The notes: generated from the letters alone by a model not told the origin. DNA of 62,420 nucleotides, filler included, from Globobulimina sp. (GCA_003354225.1; 22 parts of 22 records of this genome joined end to end with filler, not necessarily neighbours in it); one strand, 5' to 3'; counted from the first letter of the whole stretch, positions 23,343 to 36,420 are shown. Numbers and translations: made by a program.

Positions 23343-25484
23343 ATTGGCGTGATTCCAGTGACAGTGTGGAAGTGTTTGGTGAGGATGTGGTTTATCTTCA
23401 ACTTGACGTAGGATTTGCCACTAATTTGGATGCAAAAGAAGCATACTCCTTTCTCAGCATTTTAGACCATCCCAAAACAATACAGTTTCAATTATGTGTC
23501 ACGAAACAAATACAGTTAAATAGCACCAATGGTAATCTACCCAGATTATATAGGTTCGCTAGATTTGAATTCCATGCAGCAAAAGGAATTTATGCCACAA
23601 GAGCACCAAGTTCTGTTATAAATATATATTCACTAAGCTTATGTTGTTAGTTTTGGAATGTTGTACGACATTAATTAGCTCCCAAACCAACTGCATTACC
23701 AACTGAAGCAACTTACGAGCCAAAAAAAGTAATTTTATTAAGCATTGCTGTCAATGGCGTCACAGACGTTCATTCATTTTGGAACACTGCCATTACATTG
23801 CAAGATATCATCAAAAACGATTGCTTTGCAAAGGAATTATCACAGTCTACATTGAATCAAATTAATTTTGACAAGTTACAATTTAATACATTTACAATTA
23901 TATCAATGCAAAAGGATGAAATCCATCCAAATACACTTTACTTTATTCTCCAAATTGAATTAGAAAATGAGATTCACGCTGTCAATGTCTTAAACAATAT
24001 AATCTCACCACAAACCACATCATTATTTTTAATGAATAAAAACAATCTGAAAATAACAGATTCAACTCCAATATATCTGCCATTGACATTAAATAAACAA
24101 TCCAGCAATAAATGGGTCACATTGACATCGACGAATCAAACCAATTATTATGGAGTGAGGAACTATGACAACAGATTAAAGCATTTGGATGGATTAAGTT
24201 TATATTATGGAGAAGACGATTTTGTTGAATGTCACATTGATATACAAATACCAGATTTATCCCCATTATCTATCAAAACCTCAGAGTTTGGCATAGTGTC
24301 ATTCACAAAAACACCACGACAGTTTACAGATTATTTTGATGTGATTATATTTAAGAAATGTATTCAAAACATTGCCTTGAATGAACCAATAATTGCTCGA
24401 GATATTGGTGCAAAACAACCACAATATAAACAATCCACAATTTATAATTCGCTGAGAATGTCTAAGAAATGTACAACAATTCGCTGTATCGAGACTTTTT
24501 GGAATAAATATCCGTCGCTTTGGAAATGGAATAGAAATTTAAAGATTACATCATTGGATAACAAAGGAAATATTCTGAATATTATTTATAAACAACATCT
24601 GATTAAAAAATGTTATTTTGAACAACAAAGTAAATTGTACACACAACGCAATCTGAACATTGTTATTCCTTCTGGATTATTTCGAGGATATGAGATTTTG
24701 CAGAATGATGCAACCAAACATTATAAACACATTTATATTCACAGCACAAGCAATGTTTTCGAGGATGTATTTGTTCAGGTTTATGATTGTAAGATGGAGA
24801 ATAATTATCAATGCAATACATTAAACTATGTACGTTTTATGAAACACAACACTGAGTCAAAGCAAATTATATCCAATCGCTATCATATTGATTTTAATAT
24901 GGTGATGACGGAGAGTTAAGGCATTATTTTTGATGTTTTATTTGTCACAAAGTTATTAATTTGAACAGATCCGATCAAATTTGATAATTCGGGAATATTT
25001 ATAAATGGGAGCATTTTGGGAAATTCTTTTCCATCAAATATTAAAGATTTTGTTTGTAATTTACAAAATGAGCAAAATAAAATGGAAGAAATAAAAGAAA
25101 CTGCAGCTGATTCATATTCATTTTCAAAATTCGAGGCTGCATTGCCAGAATGGGGTTGTTTGGCCAACAAATCGAATGAATTCACTCCGTTGGTTGATGA
25201 AGAAAATGCTAAATTCCATTTGAAAAATGCTTGGACAATTCCGTACCCGCTGTATCATCATCGTATGTTTTTTATAAATGCTCTTGTTTTATTTCCAATG
25301 TATGTGATAGGATTTGAATAAATTACAATCAAACATACAGATTTAAGAGTTGCAGCACCAACCGAAGCAGTACCAGACTTTCGAGTGAATAAATGTTATT
25401 GGCAATGCGTATCAAACAACGGCTATAAACCATCTGTCCAACAGATACAAGACATACTCATTGCCTGTAATCAATATGGTGAAC
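23343..25484 (+). CDS. Multi-exon hypothetical protein
   Basis: Consecutive ORFs 23366, 23798 (373 aa) and 25016 are separated by short intron-like segments ending in TAG/CAG; exon boundaries are approximate. Confidence 0.55.
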
Positions 25485-25625
25485 NNNNNNNNNNNNNNNN
25501 NNNNNNNNNNNNNNNNNNNNNNNNNNNNTTAATTAATTAANNNNNNNNNNNNNNNNNNNNNNNNNNNNNNNNNNNNNNNNNNNNACAAATAATAAACTTG
25601 AAAATTTTGAACATGAAAGATTGAG

Positions 25626-26907
25626 GTGTATCCTAATCGAAAGTATTCGATTTGGTCACGATCCGGTAATCTTCGTTTTCGTATTTCTGATTTTGGATGT
25701 CTTGACATGGTTAGATTTAATCTATTAGAGTTTTCCTATTTGACCTTGATTTTGCTCATGATCAACTTTTCTGAGTCTGAACAAAAATGGAAAGTTAGAC
25801 GTGTTTCGCCAAAGATTGGTTATAATGGAGCTATTAATGAATATATGTCGATTCAAGCAAGTCATTTAAAATTAAAAGCAATATTACCGCAAATATTGAT
25901 GGATGACAATTGCAAGAAAAACAGCACTGTAAATGTGAATGCTTTGTTTGGTGTTAAAAAGCTGTTATTTATTAATATGTCGTTAGAATCAATGAAAGGT
26001 TATGAGAATATGAGCGCTGTTCGAGTTCGACGACAAATGTTTGATATTTTCGACGATCTCACAATTATTAAGAAATATTTATGTCGATCCAACAATTAAA
26101 TGTTTAGTGTTTCATTGCAATGGCAATGATGAATTATTTTGCCATTTAATTCAAAGTATTTTGACGGCCAAAAGCAAGCAATTGGAATCATTGCATTTGC
26201 AAACTATAAAATATGTGAATGTGAATGTGAATGTGCATGGTATCATGTTTGATGTGTTACCATTCCAATCGTTTGACAATTTGAGGGAACTTTGCATCGA
26301 ATCAAGCGATGAGACATCATATTTATTGCAAAGAATTGCTATTTCAATTGTTGGTTTTCAACGGTTGCACATTAATATTTGTGTAAAATCAAGTTTTTGT
26401 GGTAATAATGAACAGAGCAAAATGCATAAGAATGGAGTTGGAGCGCTGATAAAAGCAATATTTTCCCCATATAATCAAAATTCGTTCCAACTATTATCGT
26501 TTGACATTTTCTTTGAATTTGATGCATTGGATTTTCAGTCTGTTTATTTCAACTCAGTTGCTATGAAATTGGATAAATTACAAAAATTATATGAAATATT
26601 AAATAATTCCATTCTGTCACACCAACAGCAACAATATGTGGCGAATTCGAATAATTAAAATTTGACATACAATATCGATATCGATATCGAGATAGAACAT
26701 AATTATTTAACATTTTCGAAAAGAAAACAGTTAATCGATGTTGTAACAAGAAAATTAAACTATTTTCCGATGTTATTTTATGAATTATGCAAATTGTTAT
26801 TGTCAATGAGAAAGAATGTAATGCTTTTATTTAAATGTTCATTTTCATATAAATTAATTGGGAAAAAGATATGCATCCACAAATCAAATCAAATGGCAAA
26901 CAATTAA
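25626..26907 (+). pseudogene. Disrupted LRR-like hypothetical gene
   Basis: Three consecutive ORFs: a frameshift near 26041-26099 and an in-frame TAA at 26656-26658. LESLHL and NLRELCI are LRR-like motifs. Confidence 0.45.
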
Positions 26908-27212
26908 ACACAAGAATTATTAATACAAAACAATGATAATTAGTTAACAATTTCAAACACACTCACAAAGCATATCAGAAGCGATAAATGAAAACAGCAT
27001 CAGTTCCTAATTATATACATCATGTTGTTTGTTGTTGTTGTGAAGATATACAATCTGGTTATATGCAACAAAAAATGTGGCTATGCAAACAAAAAAATAA
27101 CCAATCAAATAACCATATTGCGTCGATGATGCCGCCCCCAATCCCATTATTTCAGTTTCATTTGTTTATGTGTTATAAAATTGCAACTAATAAAAAACAA
27201 TTAATTCGCTTA

Positions 27213-27815
27213 TTATGGTTTGAATGTTAATAATAATTCGTTGTTTTTACGATTTTTTACAAATCTCGTCATGATTGGAATGGCATTGGAGGTTCCAAAT
27301 AATATTAATTTTGAATTTTGTCTTTTACTCCATGAGATTAAATTGGTTAACACTTTTTGATTTCTTTTATGTATCAATAAATCTACGTTATCGATAATAA
27401 CAATATACAATTTCTGATTTTCCAATGATTTGCCACATACTACCTTTTTTAATCTATTTTTGCATGGACTGCGACTGCGTGGCGTTTTCGACATTATTTT
27501 ATGGTAAATCAACGAATATGCGGACGCCGCATCGCATTTATCCAAACAATTAGCGTTTATTTGTACAATATTGTCCAAATTATAATCTTTTTTGTTTGCT
27601 ACACACCAATCAAATATATGTTTGACAGTGGCGTGTAATCCAGATCCATCACAACCCGATGCGAATAAGATATTGCCGGTATTCATTCTAATTTGCTTAT
27701 CTATAAACGATACTATTTTCCTTTCGTGGCCATGCTCAAATGTATCATGATTACTTGTAATGTTTTGATCCATTCTCTCAATATCTATATTTATGTAATA
27801 TGAATTCATTACCAA
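27213..27815 (-). pseudogene. Degenerate Cdc6/Orc1-like AAA+ ATPase, truncated by stops
   Basis: LFASGCDGSGLH (Walker A without Lys), VQINA, IVIIDNVDLL (Walker B without Glu), LILFGTSN. LTFKP is followed by TAA TAA where F.PY is expected. Confidence 0.7.
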
Positions 27816-27966
27816 TCAAAATAAAAAAACAAAACAAAAAACAAACCATTTTTCTTTGACTGCTGAACCAATTCATTAATTTTATGTTGCAATTCTTTGT
27901 TTTGTTTGATTAGTTTCGATATCGATACTTCTCGTTCCATCTCAGCATCATATACTAAACCTCGTA

Positions 27967-28326
27967 TTACGCCGCTTGTTGCGTCTGTAAAATATGCAAA
28001 TTAAAGTGTTGCTGTTCCTGTGCGGACAGGATATCATTTTTCTGACTTTCCGCGTATTTATATTTTTGGCGCCAACCAATCATTGATTTGCATTGTACAA
28101 ATTTCTCACCAAATTGGAAAAGGACATTATTGGTCCATCGTATCGCTTGATGTGCTGATTTGGAGGTTTTGTATTCGATTTGCACCCATCTTTGTCCCCT
28201 TTTTTTTCTTGTTTTGCCGTGTACGATATTCTCAATCACTCCAAATCTTTTATACAATTTAATGATTTTAGCGGAAAGCTTCGGCAATCCGACGATTCTC
28301 AATGTTTTATTATCTTTCAATTTGAG
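27967..28326 (-). CDS. RRM-domain fragment, 5' partial
   Basis: TLRIVGLP (RNP2-like), KRFGVI, RWVQIEY..SA..AI (RNP1-like). Confidence 0.6.
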   Translation of the reverse strand, partial: LKLKDNKTLRIVGLPKLSAKIIKLYKRFGVIENIVHGKTRKKRGQRWVQIEYKTSKSAHQAIRWTNNVLFQFGEKFVQCKSMIGWRQKYKYAESQKNDILSAQEQQHFNLHILQTQQAA

Positions 28327-28749
28327 NNNNNNNNNNNNNNNNNNNNNNNNNNNNNNNNNNNNNNNNNNNNTTAATTAATTAANNNNNNNNNNNNNNNNNN
28401 NNNNNNNNNNNNNNNNNNNNNNNNNNACAAGTATTTTAAAAATTTGTTTGATGTCTTGTGACTTCTTTGCTTTTTGTTTCACTTCATCTGATCTGCAATA
28501 TGTATACATGCACTGAATGTACACACATCTATATTATACTACCATCGCGTGGTACCATAAGCTTTTGACATCTATTCTCAAGTCGAGTTTGTTTTGACAA
28601 TGATCATTGGATTTTTTTTCATCATTATTTTGACTTTATGTGTATCGCAGAAAAAAATAAACTTGACAAAATGCAATCCAATATAGACATGTTTTAGTTA
28701 CAAAAAAAATTTTTGGAAAAAGTTAAAATAGCCTGATTTTAGAGACATG

Positions 28750-29515
28750 TACATTGTTGTCCATGGTGGACAACATTAAAATGTCAAAATTGGATGGTTC
28801 CACGCGATGTCATCCTATAATCAAACAACAATGACGTAGCATCTATGGATGCTGTCACAAATATTGATTTCTTTTGGTATATATCAATTTCAATGACATC
28901 TCCAAAATGTCCCGCAAATGTGTTTAACTTTTGTTGTTTTACAGTGTCATATAATACGCAGGTACCGTCACCCGACGCTGTAATAATTCGATTATTATCA
29001 ATGAATTTAACGTCTGATACATAGCCTTCATGGCTAAATTCAATCGGTGGTTCCTTGCTGTCCGCAGCTGTCGTCAATTGCAAGTTCCGATGTGTTCCAA
29101 ACAGCGCATACATTGTAAGCACCGCCTGCCGATATTACAATGCTTGTCGGGGAATATGCACAACACATAACACCAAAAGAACGCAGCGGAATACAATGCA
29201 CTTTATATGAAGTCTCAGTGTTCCATATTAAGAGTTTTCCATTTTGAGCTGCGGATAGCAAAAGTTGAGGGTGGTTTGGACAAAAAGAAATGTCCACTAT
29301 TTTTGCAAAATCACCATATGTAACTGTTTAACTAATTTGAAATTTCGTTTTTGTAATAATTCATGTAAATTATTTTCTGTTTTCCTATGTTTTGCACAAT
29401 CTTTCAATGTGGAGTTGCTTGTGTTGGACTTTATATGCTTCAAATGATCTTTTAATCGGCCGATTTGTTGTAGACATTTCCTGTACGGGTCGACGTGAAT
29501 TGTTTTTACATACAT
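28750..29515 (-). pseudogene. Heterotrimeric G-protein beta subunit pseudogene
   Basis: SAAQNGKLLIWN..KVHCIPLRS.GVMCCAYSP and HEGYVS..KF.DNNRIITASGDGTC..GH.GDV are G-beta hallmarks. Frameshifts near 29317 and 29045-29095, and a TGA at 28784-28786. Confidence 0.85.
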
Positions 29516-29553
29516 GTTAAGCTCAAAAACTGCTTTAATACCATACATCACTG

Positions 29554-30597
29554 ATGTCAACCAACATTCGGATTGCCACGTTGAATGTAGATTGGTGGAC
29601 CAGGCCAACGTCATTGAAAGATCATCTTAAACTCATTGCAGAGTTAGAGATTGATTTGTTAGCCATCCAAGAGGGTCAATATGATACTGTTGACAAACTT
29701 GTTTCTGAATTAAATGACATTGAGCCGCAAAACTCCACATATAAATGGTCGCATTGTTCCAAACAATTATTGGGTATTTCCAATTCGATCATAACCAGAT
29801 ATCCAATAATTGCAAAGACAGATTGTGTTTGGAATTGGAATCATTTTGACTGCAAAGCTAGAAAAGAAGAACGATGCGCAGTGATGATCAAAATCTTGAT
29901 AAACAATAAAATAGTTTCTATAATGTGCACTCATTTGGATCATATTAATGAAGAAACACGATTATCACAAATGAGACATTTTATTGGTAATATCCTTATT
30001 GATGACAATGATGAAGAAAAAAAAGAAAAAATATATGCAGATATAATATGTGGTGATTTCAACAGTTTGTCACGGTCTGATTATACACAAACAGAATGGC
30101 AATCAATTGCTGATATTCGCAAAGAAAATTCATGGGAATTGCCAATGGGCACAGTTATGAATGACTTGTTACTGAATAATGGGTATTATGATAGCTTACC
30201 GTATGTATTGAAAAGGCAATTCTATGAATTGAATTACTTGAAAAAAATGGATAACTCAAACGACAAAACATCAAATAAAAATGTGATGAAATTTGAAGAA
30301 TTGTGTGCAAAGATTGACTTTATAAAATGGGTTAAATATGAACAATATAAAGATGAATTGGACTTTGATTTAAATAAAATGTGTTTTGAATATTATAAAA
30401 AGAATGGATGGCAATATACGTCTCGTTATTATACCCGAATTGATTATGTTTTGTTGTCAAAAGATTTAATATCAAATGTGGTTGATGTTGGATTTCACGA
30501 TACAATGAACTGTGTCCTAGATGATGAGCTAAAAGTGTATAAAAACAATTTAACGGATCATAATTTATATTGGTGTGACATTAGAATCGACAAATAA
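29554..30597 (+). CDS. Endonuclease/exonuclease/phosphatase (DNase I-like, EEP) family protein
   Basis: IATLNV, LAIQE, THLDH, ICGDFNS, RIDYV and TDH catalytic motifs are intact. Confidence 0.9.
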   Translation: MSTNIRIATLNVDWWTRPTSLKDHLKLIAELEIDLLAIQEGQYDTVDKLVSELNDIEPQNSTYKWSHCSKQLLGISNSIITRYPIIAKTDCVWNWNHFDCKARKEERCAVMIKILINNKIVSIMCTHLDHINEETRLSQMRHFIGNILIDDNDEEKKEKIYADIICGDFNSLSRSDYTQTEWQSIADIRKENSWELPMGTVMNDLLLNNGYYDSLPYVLKRQFYELNYLKKMDNSNDKTSNKNVMKFEELCAKIDFIKWVKYEQYKDELDFDLNKMCFEYYKKNGWQYTSRYYTRIDYVLLSKDLISNVVDVGFHDTMNCVLDDELKVYKNNLTDHNLYWCDIRIDK

Positions 30598-31598
30598 CAA
30601 TGCAAAAACAATCGTTTTCAGCAAAACATCTTCATTTTTAGATGTTTTTCAGCTTTTTTTGTTGTTTGTCACATAATCAGCATGGCAACCATTAACAGAA
30701 ACAATGCACGCTTTTTGCATAAACAGAGACCCAAATTAAAGGTATATACATACATAACATTGAATAATTGATCCAATTTGCAATGTCTAGAAAAGACTGA
30801 TGGATCATTTAACGTTAAGAGAGGATGGACTCAAAAAAATCCTTCAACAAGTTATGTACTTCTGTGACATTCAAACAATTCGTCCACGTCAACTCAAACT
30901 TTATTAGACTGTAAAGCATCTGAATGAATTAGGCTATCCATCGACAATTACCATACCAGACTATGATGAGTCCTTTGTGAATATGGATGAGATTAACAAA
31001 TTGATTGATAACTGGCGAGGTCTCCATATTTCCAGAGTCATTGCCGAAGGCGTATTTCATTCAAAATCGGTGAATTGGTTGGATCAAAATTCTCGAAAGG
31101 TTTCTGGGCCATATTTCTTTGCGTTGCATTTGAAGGAAATTAAATGTTATTTGCTGAATTATTGTAAANNNNNNNNNNNNNNNNNNNNNNNNNNNNNNNN
31201 NNNNNNNNNNNNTTAATTAATTAANNNNNNNNNNNNNNNNNNNNNNNNNNNNNNNNNNNNNNNNNNNNCTGAACCTAACCATATATGTTTTGTTGTTGAA
31301 TGTTGCCTATCCGTATTGTACTATAAATACAATCAACATTAAAACTTTTATGGAATTATTCATTTTTATTTTTTATTCTGAATTTTTCAACGTGGTGTGA
31401 CGAAAAGAGTGATTCAAATGTTCCTTGAAATGTTTTATCGATTCTCAATTTCCGTCTTGGAGGAGCCATTGAGTGCAAAAAAAACTGAAGTAACAGCGGA
31501 CATTTTAGGTCATTGCTTATTTATAAAAAACAACAAAAAAACAAATTAATTAAACACTTTTCTCTAATTACTAATTATTAATAAGTACCATATTATCA

Positions 31599-32754
31599 TC
31601 AATATGTCATATTGCAAATATATTGTACAACACCATTCGGTAAATACGGTACATTTTGATGATCTTTTGATGTGATAATACTTTCAATGACAGAAAGTAT
31701 ATTGACATGTAATAATTTCCTAATACAGCCAATAATTCTCTTATCCGCATGATATTTAAGGCAAACATCCAAAATGGTTCTATCTTTATAATCTGTTCTA
31801 TACAATACGCCGCGGCCACGATTCTCATTATCTCCACCCATATGATTCTCATCTTCATTCAATAACATCTTTGAGATTTGCCAATTATTTGTTCGCACCG
31901 CAATCATCGTTGCACATTGCTTCCAATTGTTTACCAAATTAATATTTGATATCACACCCAATGGATTTAAAAATTGTTTATCCAGCAATAACTTTACAAC
32001 CTCGATATGGTTTTTGCCGACTGCTTTCATCATAGGACTGTAACCTTTCATATCCATCAAATTTAAGTCACATTTCATATGCTTATACTCTAACAATAGT
32101 CTAATAATTTCCATGTCTCCTTTATCGCAGGCTATCCATATCGGTGTTTGACCGTTTCTCTTTAAACGTACATTGACATTACATATTTGTGAATGTAATG
32201 CATAATTTAATAATAATTTCACGCAGTATTTACGTGATTTTTTCACTGAAATATATATTAATGACTCACCTTCTTCATTCTCATTGCAATTGATATCATT
32301 TATTTGACCGCTTTGTAATAATAATTGAGCAATTCCACCGTAACCAAATGTACATGCTTTGTATGTATGTCATGAAGAAAAGAAAAAATATATTTTATAT
32401 AATATACAGTACCAGTATGAAGACATGATTTTTGGGTGGAATGATCATAACAATTTGGATCGGCTCCCATTGTCAACAATTTATCAACAAAGCGAGTACG
32501 CTTTTTATGGACGGCAAACATCAATGCGGTCCATTTCGATTTGCCAGTACCAATGGGTTGGTCGAGGGAATCGAGAGTACCAATTAATGTCTCAAATGCG
32601 GCTTCATCATTCTGATAAATGGCTGCAATTAATTGAAATTCTATTGTATTTCCTTCTGTGTGAATTATCACTTGATTTATTTTTGTTTTGTTGAATGAAG
32701 ATTATCTATTATACCGTCTTGTGTTTTGGCTGCAAAATATCTTCTTGTTCTCAT
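31599..32754 (-). CDS. Ankyrin-repeat protein, 3 exons
   Basis: WTALMFAV, SCLHTAC, GQTPIWIAC and GYSPMMKAV. An intron at 32357-32412 joins the two ORFs in frame; a short first exon starts at ATG 32754. Confidence 0.88.
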
Positions 32755-32897
32755 TTTTAACAAAATAACACTTCTTGTGACTCTTTGAAAAAGGGGAGAG
32801 TGACAAGTGTGTAGGATGCTTTATATGACTCAAGAGTTCAAGCTTGGACTTTGCGGTTTTTTTGTAAAACAAATTTCAATCCATATACGTAAATATA

Positions 32898-33725
32898 TTA
32901 ATCCCACACAAAATCATCGAGAATTGCTGGTTTTAGCGCTCTAAACGTTTCGTTTTGTATTTGTCGTTCAAATATATAATATTGACAAACGTGACATAAT
33001 CCACTTTGAATCCACTCATTAAACCTACACTCAATTCTGTCATCAATCCTCTCTGTCTGATGAAAGGTTAATGCTTTGTTCATCATTTTTAAATCACAAT
33101 ATCCAGAGCCATAACAATTCTTTGGTTCATGCTCTTTATTTGGATTTGAATAATCAAAACCAAAGCATTCTTTGCATTTCAATTTATGAATCATAACTTT
33201 CTTTGCATCAATAAATTTTTTAACCAATTCCATTCGATGTGAGATATCTTTTCTTTTTCCTATTGGTTTATTGCTATTTTTATCCAAGCCATTCAGCATA
33301 AACTTTAATATTTGCTCATCGCTCAATGCTGAATTCTCATGACTTAGGTGTAACATTTGACATTTCAGCAATTGTTTTTGACAGAATTTTTTTAATTTAT
33401 TATCATTTTGAATATCCTTTGAAATGGATGCTTTATAATATGCAATAATCGCACATTTGAAATTTGTCAACGATTTATAAGCTTCGGCTGTACGAAACCA
33501 AGCTTTATGCCATAACGGATTCAATCGAATGGCAGTTTTACCATCTTTTAATGCTTTTGGATATTCTCGCAGTTTAAGATAACATAGTGACCGATTTGAA
33601 TATAGTTTATCATCATTTCCATTTAATAAAATTGCCTCACAATATTTCTGCAATGCTTGTTTGGTGGAACCGTTTCTTAGCAATTCATTTCCTTGTTGTC
33701 TCAAGGTATTGTTAACAGACGCCAT
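32898..33725 (-). CDS. TPR-repeat (STI1-like) protein
   Basis: QGNELL..ALQKY.EAI, LYSNRSLCYLKL..AL.D...AI.LNP.W.KAWFR. Confidence 0.9.
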   Translation of the reverse strand: MASVNNTLRQQGNELLRNGSTKQALQKYCEAILLNGNDDKLYSNRSLCYLKLREYPKALKDGKTAIRLNPLWHKAWFRTAEAYKSLTNFKCAIIAYYKASISKDIQNDNKLKKFCQKQLLKCQMLHLSHENSALSDEQILKFMLNGLDKNSNKPIGKRKDISHRMELVKKFIDAKKVMIHKLKCKECFGFDYSNPNKEHEPKNCYGSGYCDLKMMNKALTFHQTERIDDRIECRFNEWIQSGLCHVCQYYIFERQIQNETFRALKPAILDDFVWD

Positions 33726-34703
33726 TGTTAGACTTATGTTAACGTTTTTGGACTGACATCAACTAGCCTAGCATCAACATTTTACACTCTAGTATTTACT
33801 GTAGAGCAACATTGCCAATGTCTGACCTTGCTGTACACAGTTCACTTCCTGCCCACCCTCCTCCCCATCAACACCAAGCACCATCATTTGAGGCATCAAG
33901 CGAGCATTCACGACATCCAGAATGGATCAACAAATGCCGTAAAATTTTAATAGTTAATTATTTTTTCTGTTTGCTTTGTTTCTATTTTTCTATTTTTCTA
34001 TTTTTTCGGTNNNNNNNNNNNNNNNNNNNNNNNNNNNNNNNNNNNNNNNNNNNNTTAATTAATTAANNNNNNNNNNNNNNNNNNNNNNNNNNNNNNNNNN
34101 NNNNNNNNNNTGCAACTATACATTGCAAATACAAAATAGATCTCGATCGATCAATACATTATATATTATCATTATATTTTGAATTGAATTGATCAAACCA
34201 GGTGTTTTTAAACACCACCAATTTAATAATATACTTTTGCTCTTTTATCCATAATACAGTATACTTCAATTATATCTTTTTAGTTTTTGACATTCAAGAT
34301 CGAGATTCCATTTGTGATTTGGTGATTTGTGAGCAATTATGAATATAAACGCAGAATGCACAACGTTTTCATTAGCTGGCATTTATTCACTCAAAACAAA
34401 TTAATTAAAATCACTTCTACTCTTTTATCCATTTGCATTGTAAAATGTGTTGTATACACGATCCAGATAATGACCAGATTCCAGCTAGATGCGAACAATA
34501 AATCTGACACTTTTAAGCTCTTTCTGTTTTTTTACGTACGGAACAGACATAAGAGATTGCATTTTATCGAGATACACAAAAGAAAGCGATGATTAATTGA
34601 ATCGAGATACACAAAATTAATATTTGGAACAAATTACACACAAAACACACACATAAAAAACAAAATTAATTCCTGTTTAATTATTTATTTTTCTTTCCCC
34701 AAA

Positions 34704-35765
34704 TCAGTCCGCGCCGCCCTCTGCTTTTTGTGCTGAAGCAGCAATGCTAAAACTGGTTGGTGCAAAGCCAGGAACTGTAGAACCTGCACTTTGTATGGTA
34801 GGCATTGATTTATTTTTGCTTTTTGTATTTGTGATATTATCGTTTTTACTCAATTGACGAATGGATAGATCTATGACATTAATATTATTCATCTGCGCAG
34901 CTATTGCAGCCTGCTCAGAATTGCATACATATGAACAGATTCGATGTGCCACAAATTCCCGATTTATCCCCATCATAAAAAAGCAGCACGAACTGTTGAT
35001 AAATGGGTCAATTAAACAAAAGCACCACATCCAGCCTCCAGTCATTGGGTTGAGCATAGCCAATGAGACGGCACTCGAGACGGTGCCAATAAATGTTAAG
35101 ATAACATTCCATTTCATCGAATTTGCAATGTCCCGATCGCGGATCTTTACTAATTTCAATATCTTACATAGCGGGATAACGAAGGCAAGCGTGGCTACCA
35201 CAGAATTGACCAAATCTACCGCAGCGGTTGCGATCACAAAGCGGGATTCCCAGGTTTTGAAAGTGCAAAATGACACATCTCCAGTCTTCAGATTAATATC
35301 TGTTTCGGCATCGGTCAAATCGTAATATTTCAATTTAAAAAGTAGTGTGGTGCAACTACAATAAATTAAAAAATAAATCAGTAGATAAGTCGGGATAACT
35401 TGATCGAATATGATTTGTTTCAATTTCGATGAGTTAAATTGATGAATCACTGTACTTTTAGCTCTCCGTAAAAACACGAAATATAATGAAGCCTTTGTTC
35501 CTCCTAAAAAAGCAAAACAAAAACCAGCACCAATGGTGGATTCGCACCAGAATGAATTTGGTAAAATGTGTAGAGAATAGCCGCTGAGCCCGCATAGAAA
35601 GCCGCTCATATAAGTCGAGAATAGAAAAAATAAGGCTTTTTTATCCATGAATTTTCTTTCACCTTTGATGGTGATAATTGTTTGTAAAATAAAATAAAAT
35701 AAACATCCCAATGGGAGTAATGCTAATAATGATGAATACGCGTAAAAAAAAGCAGTTAATGCCAT
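34704..35765 (-). CDS. Seven-TM (GPCR-like) membrane protein
   Basis: Seven hydrophobic segments, Cys in extracellular-loop positions, TM7 IDPFINS, polar C-terminal tail. Confidence 0.7.
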   Translation of the reverse strand: MALTAFFYAYSSLLALLPLGCLFYFILQTIITIKGERKFMDKKALFFLFSTYMSGFLCGLSGYSLHILPNSFWCESTIGAGFCFAFLGGTKASLYFVFLRRAKSTVIHQFNSSKLKQIIFDQVIPTYLLIYFLIYCSCTTLLFKLKYYDLTDAETDINLKTGDVSFCTFKTWESRFVIATAAVDLVNSVVATLAFVIPLCKILKLVKIRDRDIANSMKWNVILTFIGTVSSAVSLAMLNPMTGGWMWCFCLIDPFINSSCCFFMMGINREFVAHRICSYVCNSEQAAIAAQMNNINVIDLSIRQLSKNDNITNTKSKNKSMPTIQSAGSTVPGFAPTSFSIAASAQKAEGGAD

Positions 35766-35944
35766 ATAAGAAAGTGGAGGGTGATATGCACTCAATTGTA
35801 TGCAATGATTTCTTGCTTTTGGATGTTGCACACCAGAAATTTAATTGTTTTTATGAGTAAAGTTTTTGCTGAAATGTCATAACTTGGATATTCATTCCAC
35901 ACAAATAAGTTGCTTCTAAAGGAAACCATAAAAAGTATGGACTG

Positions 35945-36200
35945 CAGATTATGGATATTTGTGTTATTTCGAGGAATATTTGGTGCACTAACAAGTGTTT
36001 TTTATTTTGAAGCTATATATAGCAAAATTACCAATTGGCGATGCTATCGCATTGAATTTCAATGTATCCAATTCCAACTACATTTTTTAGTTTTTGTGTG
36101 TTTAAAGAAAAGATATCATATCTTATAAATATGTAATATCGTTGATATTATGCGTAGTGGGTACAATCTTAATTATTCATCCACAGTTTCTGTTTGGTGG
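35945..36200 (+). pseudogene. EamA/SLC35G-like transporter fragment, frameshifted
   Basis: LFRGIFG, LPIGDA, KEKIS and GTILIIHPQFLFG are recoverable only by switching frames. Confidence 0.6.
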
Positions 36201-36420
36201 ACATATTAAAAATATATTAAAAATATACTTATTATATAGATACAGCTGTGTATTTTTTCTCAAAGTGTGTTGAAAAATAACTGTTTGCATTATTAGTTTG
36301 ATATTCATAATTAATAAATTTACTTCCATCCTTCAATGTGAACCTCGTCAGATCCTCATTTCGTGGTCTTTTTATAACGAAGTCACTCCATCTAACACAC
36401 AAACTAAATAAGCAAACATC

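Noticed and set aside
29554-30597. EEP gene as the APE endonuclease of a LINE
   Set aside because: It is a stand-alone ORF with its own stop and no downstream RT; it resembles cellular EEP proteins.
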